NCBI GenBank assembly: GCA_964019425.1
Contig: OZ025801.1
Span: forward strand, 992,001 to 1,056,000
From: Flectonema sp. DT1601
Taxonomy: Eukaryota
DNA length: 64,000 bases
Direction of reading: 5' to 3'
A program made the position numbers and the translations under genes. The notes beneath the pieces were generated by a model, which made no database searches, was not told where the DNA came from, and saw only the letters and a program-made list of their open reading frames with translations. Positions 56,823-64,000 of this stretch are shown here, piece after piece (the first letter of the stretch is position 1; each line of letters opens with the position of its first letter).

Positions 56823-57136
56823 GTCAGAGAATAAACAAATACGGCAAGTGGTCAGCATGGGGACCTTAACCTTTCGTACTCGCTACTTGTCCCATGAAAT
56901 TTAATAGTAATCCAAAGGAGATAGACTAAAAAAAAAAAAAAAAAAACTTTTAAAAAAGACCCCATATTCACCCTAAAATCTCACGTTTTTTTCTTTTACT
57001 TGCTTATGCAACCATCCCCTAGCACATAGATATGTTATTCTCATTTAGTTACTCAGTGAGTGGTTTGCGCAAAAAAACTTTTATTTTTTTTTCTTAATTC
57101 ATCAAATAGACCTCCTCCTCGTCACTATAAAAAAAT

Positions 57137-58954
57137 ATGGCTGAATGGCTGCAATTAAAACAACAAGACGCTCTTGTTGCGGAGTTAAAAAAAGTAATTA
57201 CCCGTCAAGAAGAAGAGAAAGCAATCCTGGAAGAGGAAGTTGGAAAGAGTAAAATTGCGATAAAAGAATTATCAACCAGAGAATATGATGCTGCGCAAGA
57301 ATCTGATAAGATGACTGAAGACATTGAGGGACTAGTCAGGAAATTGGCTGATGTTGAATCAACCTCTGAGTCGACGATAAATCTGCTTAGAGAAGAAAAC
57401 TCAACACTCTTAGTGGCAGCTCAAGAACAAGGTATCCTGTTTATTAATATGCAAATGGAACTTGCTAATACGAGAAATCTCTATGAGAATAACAACATCG
57501 AACTGTCAAACCAATTAGCTGAGAACGATCAGATCAAAACCTCCTCCAGTTCATTAAAACAAAAGTCTGAAGAACTATCTGTTGAAGTTGATATATTAAA
57601 AGCATCAGCAGCATTACACGAAAGTAACATCTCATCAAAAACAAAAACAATTGAGGAGCTGTCTTTGAATGTCGATAACCTCACTAAGGAAGTTGCCAAT
57701 GAGAGAAGTCTAAAGGAAGAATTTAAAACAAAATTTGAAAACACCTTAACGGAATCAACATCACTCTCAACAGAGCGAAACAATTTTCTTCAAAAAATAA
57801 CAACTCTCCAACATGAGAATCAAGAGATGGTAATTGCGAAGGATAATTCTGTTCAGAAATTGTCTGATAATGAGGTTCGACTTGTTGAAAGTGAAGAGGC
57901 TCTCAGTAGGAATGAAGAGAAAATTGAAGAATTGCAATTAAAACTAAAAAATTCATCGGAAATTATTGAAAAACTAGAACTAAAAAATACATCCGCCGAA
58001 AAATCTTCTAAACTACTTCAAGAAAAGATCCACCTCAAGGAAGCTGAGCTCTCGAAGGTAAATTCTGTTGTTGGGAGTGCAATGCAAGTTCAAGAACTAA
58101 AAAGTAACAACCTCAGATCTCAGAAATCAATAACACTCCTTGGGAAGACTAATTGTATTGTTGCTGCTAAACATTATCATTTACTGCTAAACTATCGACT
58201 AGTGAATAAACATGACAGACAATGCACGAGAGTCGAATGGAATTGTCGAGAGTCAAAATCTATCTTACTAATGAAAAAGACATCTTCCACAGCAACGAGC
58301 AAGTACTTCCGACAATGGTTAGCCTTTTGCTCTGACAAGAAATCATCTGACACGAGTGAAGTCTTAGAAGAGGTTACGACAATACTAAGTAGCGTAACAG
58401 GAATGAATGACATAGTAGGAGCCTGTCGTGTTGTGGGTGAACTTCGCAATGAGTTATGTGATAGCAGCGCTGTTCGTAAAGAGCTTCAACAAGAGTTCAT
58501 GGAAACAACTAATAAACTACAAGAAGCTATAATGAACTTGACTAACGAAGTAGTGTTCTTGACTTCAAGCAGAACTGAATTAGTTTCATCTTTATGGGAA
58601 CTTCATAAACTAAACTTATCAATCAGAAATGAATTATCTCATTCACTATCTCCGGAGAGTCTCACTCGTGCAATCTGTAGTGTTAGTAACGCTACTGAAA
58701 AAACTAGTTGGTTGGTATCGACGTACCTCTCTGAGACTGAGAAATCCGTTCTGGGTACTGTTTCAGTAGTCGACACTACTCCGACAACAGTCGATAAGAA
58801 TTCTGGAACACCACCTCCAAGTAGAGGTATGCACAGAAATGAAACCCGGACACTATTACAGCGTACCGACTTGAGAAACACACGATCTGACACTGCTACA
58901 GTTTCAAGAAGCATTCCACCAACTACTATGAACACGATGGATGTATTAGGATAG
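57137..58954 (+). CDS. Long coiled-coil protein
   Basis: 605 aa, E/K/L heptad-rich. Confidence 0.8.
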   Translation: MAEWLQLKQQDALVAELKKVITRQEEEKAILEEEVGKSKIAIKELSTREYDAAQESDKMTEDIEGLVRKLADVESTSESTINLLREENSTLLVAAQEQGILFINMQMELANTRNLYENNNIELSNQLAENDQIKTSSSSLKQKSEELSVEVDILKASAALHESNISSKTKTIEELSLNVDNLTKEVANERSLKEEFKTKFENTLTESTSLSTERNNFLQKITTLQHENQEMVIAKDNSVQKLSDNEVRLVESEEALSRNEEKIEELQLKLKNSSEIIEKLELKNTSAEKSSKLLQEKIHLKEAELSKVNSVVGSAMQVQELKSNNLRSQKSITLLGKTNCIVAAKHYHLLLNYRLVNKHDRQCTRVEWNCRESKSILLMKKTSSTATSKYFRQWLAFCSDKKSSDTSEVLEEVTTILSSVTGMNDIVGACRVVGELRNELCDSSAVRKELQQEFMETTNKLQEAIMNLTNEVVFLTSSRTELVSSLWELHKLNLSIRNELSHSLSPESLTRAICSVSNATEKTSWLVSTYLSETEKSVLGTVSVVDTTPTTVDKNSGTPPPSRGMHRNETRTLLQRTDLRNTRSDTATVSRSIPPTTMNTMDVLG

Positions 58955-59363
58955 CTTTGTGAGGATATTTCAATGATTCCGCTTCTCTGTTTATTATTAC
59001 TTTAAGGTTACGTTATTTGTGTTTTACTTGTGTTTTTTTTTTAGAAAAAACAACGCTTCTATACTAAAAGCTTTAAAAAGAAATTGTACGAAAAAAAAGA
59101 AACTAAAAAGATTTATATTACTGTATTGTAGATGATTGTATTTTCTCCAACCCCATCCCAAAGCTGGAGCTTGGCTCAGCGTGTACTTCTTAGACGAGTG
59201 AATGATATTCTTGTTAATAAATAATTAGAGAACTACTTCATTACAGAAAACAACAAATAGATCGTCTGGAAAATCTCTTAACCGTTGTATCTGTGATTGT
59301 TATTATTATTATTATTGTTATTATTGTTCATTGCAGACAGAATAGGAAAGTCGTATAAGTTAC

Positions 59364-60506
59364 ATGCCGAAACCCCGTCCGCTTGGAGCTGATGTTGTAC
59401 TTGGTCACCAAGTAAATGAAGGAAATACCTGTAATGTATCAGAGAGTGGTAATGCTTTTAATTTCGGAAGTGCAGGATTCAGAGTAACACACACTGGTGT
59501 AAGAGGACCAACTGTTGTTGGGAAGAGCGCGAGGGTCTCAAGTTTTGAAGAACTGGACATCGACAGAGCAACAAGAATAGGATCAGGATCATCAGGTAAA
59601 GTGTATAACTGTATTCATAAACCAACAGGTCAGCAAGTCGTCGTCAAAGTCATTGACGTTGACGAAGGACACGCCCGACAGGAAATCTTAAAAGAATTAG
59701 AAGCCCTCTACACTGACACATCAAGATTCATTGTCGACTTTATAGGAGCCTTCTTCCACGAAGGTCAAATATACATCACACTAGAAAGGATGGATGCTTC
59801 GTTATTAGATGCAATTCGTCTCATGGGTACTATTAAAGAACAAGTCTGTAGAGCAATAGCTAAATCAGTTATGCAGGGATTGCTTTACCTTCACAGTGAA
59901 CGTAGAAAGATCCATCGTGATATAAAACCTTCAAATATATTAATTCACAGCGATGGTGTTGTTAAGATAACTGACTTTGGGGTTAGTAGCGGATCCCTCA
60001 ACACCACAAACTATGAAAGCGAAACCTTCGTAGGAACTGTAACATACATGTCACCTGAAAGATTGTGTTGCCAACCACACAGTTACGGTGCTGACATTTG
60101 GTCACTCGGTCTTTTACTAACTGAATGCGCAACAGGACTACATCCGTACACTAGATATGGAGGTACTGACAAGTTAACTTATTGGAACTTATTTCTAAAA
60201 GTTGATTCCGCTGATTCAAACTTTCTCAGCACAGCAGATGGTGTGAGTGACAGCATGGTTGACTTCGTGTCACTTTGTCTTAAGAAAGACCCAGCTGATA
60301 GACCATCGGCCCTCTCTCTTTTATCTCATCCTTGGCTAATGGGAGTCAGTGACACTGAAGCCACTGCTATATTAAAACCTTTCACTGAGGAAGTTGCTGT
60401 TCTAAAAATGAGGAATTCACGTGAAAAGGAAACGTCAATAAAGAGTGCAGGCACAGAAAAGAAAGCAGCAGCTGCTAAGTCAATGTTAGACAGCGCTTTC
60501 TTTTGA
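59364..60506 (+). CDS. MAP kinase kinase (STE7 family)
   Basis: IGSGSSGKV, IHRDIKPSNIL, ITDFGVS, TFVGTVTYMSPERL, ADIWSLG. Confidence 0.95.
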   Translation: MPKPRPLGADVVLGHQVNEGNTCNVSESGNAFNFGSAGFRVTHTGVRGPTVVGKSARVSSFEELDIDRATRIGSGSSGKVYNCIHKPTGQQVVVKVIDVDEGHARQEILKELEALYTDTSRFIVDFIGAFFHEGQIYITLERMDASLLDAIRLMGTIKEQVCRAIAKSVMQGLLYLHSERRKIHRDIKPSNILIHSDGVVKITDFGVSSGSLNTTNYESETFVGTVTYMSPERLCCQPHSYGADIWSLGLLLTECATGLHPYTRYGGTDKLTYWNLFLKVDSADSNFLSTADGVSDSMVDFVSLCLKKDPADRPSALSLLSHPWLMGVSDTEATAILKPFTEEVAVLKMRNSREKETSIKSAGTEKKAAAAKSMLDSAFF

Positions 60507-61305
60507 TATGGAGGATATCTTTAGACTGACTTCATAACGAGTGCGATGTATTAATTGGACAACAACTAATTCTATCCAAGGAAGGACATTACTAAGCTGA
60601 CGATCTCAGGGGAAGGCAAAACTGAAACTGTGTGGTCTGTCAAATATAGTAAACCCGTCTGTAGATATTGAGTACTGCTATTACAAAATGACAACACACA
60701 ACAGGCTGTTGATGTTGTAATTATGCAAAACAACCCCTCAGATATAAAGGAATAAAGCTTGGTAACTCCTTCTAAACAACTAATTTGTGAGGATGAAGGG
60801 ATTCATGTTGTCGTTATCCAATTTTTTTTTTTTTTTTTTTTTTGTTGTTGTTGTTGCAAGGCTGCGAATCTCTTTTTTTTCAGCTGTTGTACGTTCTTAG
60901 GCTCTACTTTTTATTGAAAACACTAAGTTTTATTAAATACAAAAAAAAAAAAAAAAAAAGGAATTCTAATCCCCTCCCGCAATCCCAATCTATATAACGT
61001 TGAAGTGAAATCACTCAGTCACTACAACGGGCAGTTGTGAACCTAATCTTTTCTGCTTTTTGTATTGCGTTGCTTGTGGTGTTAATCAATCCTCTATTAC
61101 CACTATCTCTATCAGGCGACAATAAAGCATCGCGTGGGTTGAAGAATTCACGTGTTTTGCTTTTTTTAGTTGTCAAGAGAAATACTAAATAGCATTGAGA
61201 TTTATGCCTATGTCAAGAAGAAAAGAAATGAAAAAAAAAAAAAAATGAAAAAAATTCCTCCCTTCCGGCTTCCGTGACTACGGTAGTCGGGGTGGGGGCA
61301 ACAAT

Positions 61306-62670
61306 TTGCTTCTCTTTCTGAAATTAAGTAAATCAATGTTCTTTTTTTTTTTTTTACTATTTGTTAATCTATCATTCCTTCTCCCTCCACAACGTTTCCG
61401 TTTTGTTGTTACGCCAGGAGATTGTTGCTTTCGGCTTCCCCGTTTTTCAAAAAAAAACAAGCAAGACGAGCCTGTATCAGTGAAGAAGCCGAAGACGTCC
61501 GCACCTGAAGTGGCCCGAGAAGACTCAGTGACTTCAGAAGGCCCCCCACTAGTAGATAACCAACGGAACCCGACGGTCACGACGGAGATAGAAAATGTAG
61601 CGCCGACCGCCTCACCTGTTGAAACTGCAGTTACAACCAATGTCGGCCAGAGTAAGCCGGAGCCAAAGGAAACCGACATCCCACCGCCGAATGCAAGTCA
61701 GGAATTGGAAGATGCCACGGCCAGCGCCACACCAGTCACTAGACCGACAGATTTGCCCACCGAAGGCAGTCCCCTGCCGTCAGCCAGTCTAAGGACGATA
61801 GTTGCAACCATAGACCCGCCGGAGAAAGGTGAACACGATGCCTCCGAAGATACAGTAAACACCCTCAAGGAAGAAGTATATGATGCCCCTGGAGATCAGA
61901 CAGACACCCTCACCGGGGAAGTACGCGATGCCTCCGAAGAACCAGCGGATATTCTTACCGAAGTAGAACATGATGCCGCCGGAGAACTAGCAGACACCCT
62001 CGCCGAAGAAGTGCGCGATACCGCCGAACAACCAGCAGACATCCTTACCGAAATAGAACAGGATGCCTCCGGAGAACTAGCGGACGCCCTCGACAATGAA
62101 GTGTGTGACACCTCTGAAGAACCAGTAGACATCCTCACCAAGGAGGAACGCGACTTGTCCAGCCCGTCATCGCAGTTACAAGCATACGACAAGGAGACCC
62201 ACACTCCCCCTGTGGCCAGAACGCTAGACCTCGACAGCCATAACAGCTCTACAGAAGATCCGACACCGAAGACCAGAAGAGCAAGGAGCAGCCCACCCCG
62301 GACGGGGACAAGTAGCTCCGATGTCTCCACAAACGATACCGAAGATACCCGACCGACATGTGACCATGCACCGCCGTTGCAAAAGGGACCAAGGGTCAAA
62401 TGCGACTTCTGCCATAGATTGTTGCAACGGAAATGGTTCAGGAGCAGATGCACGAAGTGCCAGATAACGACCTGTCGAAGATGTTGGACCGCCGGAGTGG
62501 AGACCGCCTCCAGAGCCTTGGATCACCCAGACAGTACACCAAGACACAGGAGGACGAGGTCGTGCCCATCCTCGAACGAGAAGACAAAGAAGAAGATATC
62601 GCCATACAGTTCCGCGGACTCAGAGAAGACCAACCTGAGTCCGGGGAAGAGACTTAAAGACGACTGCTGA
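61306..62670 (+). CDS. GC-rich ORF with about seven imperfect 20-aa acidic repeats and a Cys-cluster; start uncertain, may belong to a repeat element
   Basis: Open frame to the TGA ending at 62670. Repeats of type DAS(E/G)E(P/L)AD(I/T)LTEEV. CDFC...CTKCQITTCRRC. The 5' part of the listed ORF is a T-rich tract. Confidence 0.5.
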   Translation: MLLFLKLSKSMFFFFFLLFVNLSFLLPPQRFRFVVTPGDCCFRLPRFSKKNKQDEPVSVKKPKTSAPEVAREDSVTSEGPPLVDNQRNPTVTTEIENVAPTASPVETAVTTNVGQSKPEPKETDIPPPNASQELEDATASATPVTRPTDLPTEGSPLPSASLRTIVATIDPPEKGEHDASEDTVNTLKEEVYDAPGDQTDTLTGEVRDASEEPADILTEVEHDAAGELADTLAEEVRDTAEQPADILTEIEQDASGELADALDNEVCDTSEEPVDILTKEERDLSSPSSQLQAYDKETHTPPVARTLDLDSHNSSTEDPTPKTRRARSSPPRTGTSSSDVSTNDTEDTRPTCDHAPPLQKGPRVKCDFCHRLLQRKWFRSRCTKCQITTCRRCWTAGVETASRALDHPDSTPRHRRTRSCPSSNEKTKKKISPYSSADSEKTNLSPGKRLKDDC

Positions 62671-63303
62671 GATCTGTGGGTGTACTCACACGTCCCCTCC
62701 CCCTCCTCCTCCCCCACCCCCCCCCTTTATACCCACCGGAATAGATAATTTCTTTTAAAAGTGTCACTGTGAGACCTCAAAGAAAGCCGCACGTCCTCGG
62801 CAAAAAGAAGCCTGAGATGCTGACAAAAAGTCGATCTGTTAGTGAAACCTTGCCACTTAGCTTAGCTCTTCCAAAAACAACCAAGGCGGAACAAGATTGA
62901 CTGCGTCGAAGGTGGAAACCGACAGCGTGCGAAGAAGAAAAAAGTAAAAGACTTAGGTAAAGCATACAACAGGTTATTAGGGAATAACCGCCGTCACACG
63001 GAAGAGTGATGAGTAAACCAGGGGCAATAATTACAACTTGGTCCACCGGGCTGGTGACAATGTTCCAACGTAGCATGCTAGGGCTAAGACAAGAGATGCG
63101 CCTGACGCGGGTGGAGTAGAGTCTTGTTATATTTTGGAGAGCAACGTTTTCGAACTACCCACAATATACCCGTCAGGAGGCAACTTGTACTTGGCTTACA
63201 ATTTTAAAGACTACCGGTTTTCTCAGATAGAATTCCAGCAGACAAAGAAAAGTAAAAGAACTGTACTAGCATGTGGTTTCTTCCCGGCATCTTCGCTTCG
63301 GCG

Positions 63304-63374
<71 letters not shown>

Positions 63375-63391
63375 AAAAAAAAAAAAAAAAA

Positions 63392-63544
63392 AGTTGGTCT
63401 TAAACTCTACAGAAAATAGTAACATAACGCTGTTGATGTTTTTTTCGTGCATAAAACCCGTGAACCAACTTAATCTGAGAAAGCTGAAAGGAGGTTTACG
63501 TGTGCTGCCAACATTATTTATAGCTCTTACAATACTTGTTGATG
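63392..63544 (+). repeat. Dispersed repeat, copy 2 (homologous to about 48040-48183)
   Basis: Same conserved blocks, preceded by an A-run of about 90 nt. Confidence 0.85.
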
Positions 63545-63684
63545 TAAGGGGGAATTTAAAAAAAAAAAAAAGAAAATCTCGAAAGAGACGTAAGCACTTC
63601 AACTTTGATGTTTACATGTGACGGTGAGTTCCGTCTCATCTTTTTAATGGTCAAAAAAAGAAAAAAAAAAAGTTGCTCAGAGAA

Positions 63685-63715
<31 letters not shown>

Positions 63716-64000
63716 GTAGATCGAAAAAGGGGAAAAATAAGTTTTAAAAAAAGGAAATGAAAATAAAAGAGAGGAAAAAAAAAAAAAAAAAAAAGGATTC
63801 TCTGTATCCCTTGGATACCGTTTCCCTAGCAATCCTGCATCCTACAAAAAATCCGTTAGTTTAGTTATCCTTAGACTTTTTGTCGATGAACAACAAAAAA
63901 AAAATAAAAAAAAAAAAAATTATTTTTTTATTAATCAGGCACTTCGACAAAACAAAAAACAAAATAATGCTGAATCGTACAATACCTGGTGTCGTTTTTA

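Overview
AT-rich eukaryotic genomic DNA, most likely a diplonemid (Euglenozoa); the taxonomy is inferred. Every credible protein gene is on the + strand, which suggests a polycistronic cluster. Several genes have short GTATG...AG cis-introns, and single-hairpin AGA-box RNAs are present. Recognisable genes: a bacterial-type ATP-grasp ligase, a tyrosinase + PG-binding + matrixin (M10) fusion, a CCCH/RING-H2 protein, two PDZ proteins, four RPL19 copies, VPS15, a GT15-like mannosyltransferase, a NadD/NMNAT-like enzyme, an FKBP-SAM protein, TBCA and a MAP2K. The main non-coding structures are: (1) two 246/248-bp tandem arrays (20 and about 13.5 units), each unit carrying two box C/D snoRNAs antisense to LSU rRNA domain V; (2) nine copies of a 60-nt hairpin-AGA (H/ACA-like) unit separated by heterogeneous spacers inside the 2-kb FKBP-SAM intron, which looks superficially CRISPR-like; (3) a 2-kb foldback/Mutator-like element with inverted 20-bp minisatellite arms. 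rRNA target assignments use remembered conserved rRNA sequence and need checking against the organism's own rRNA.
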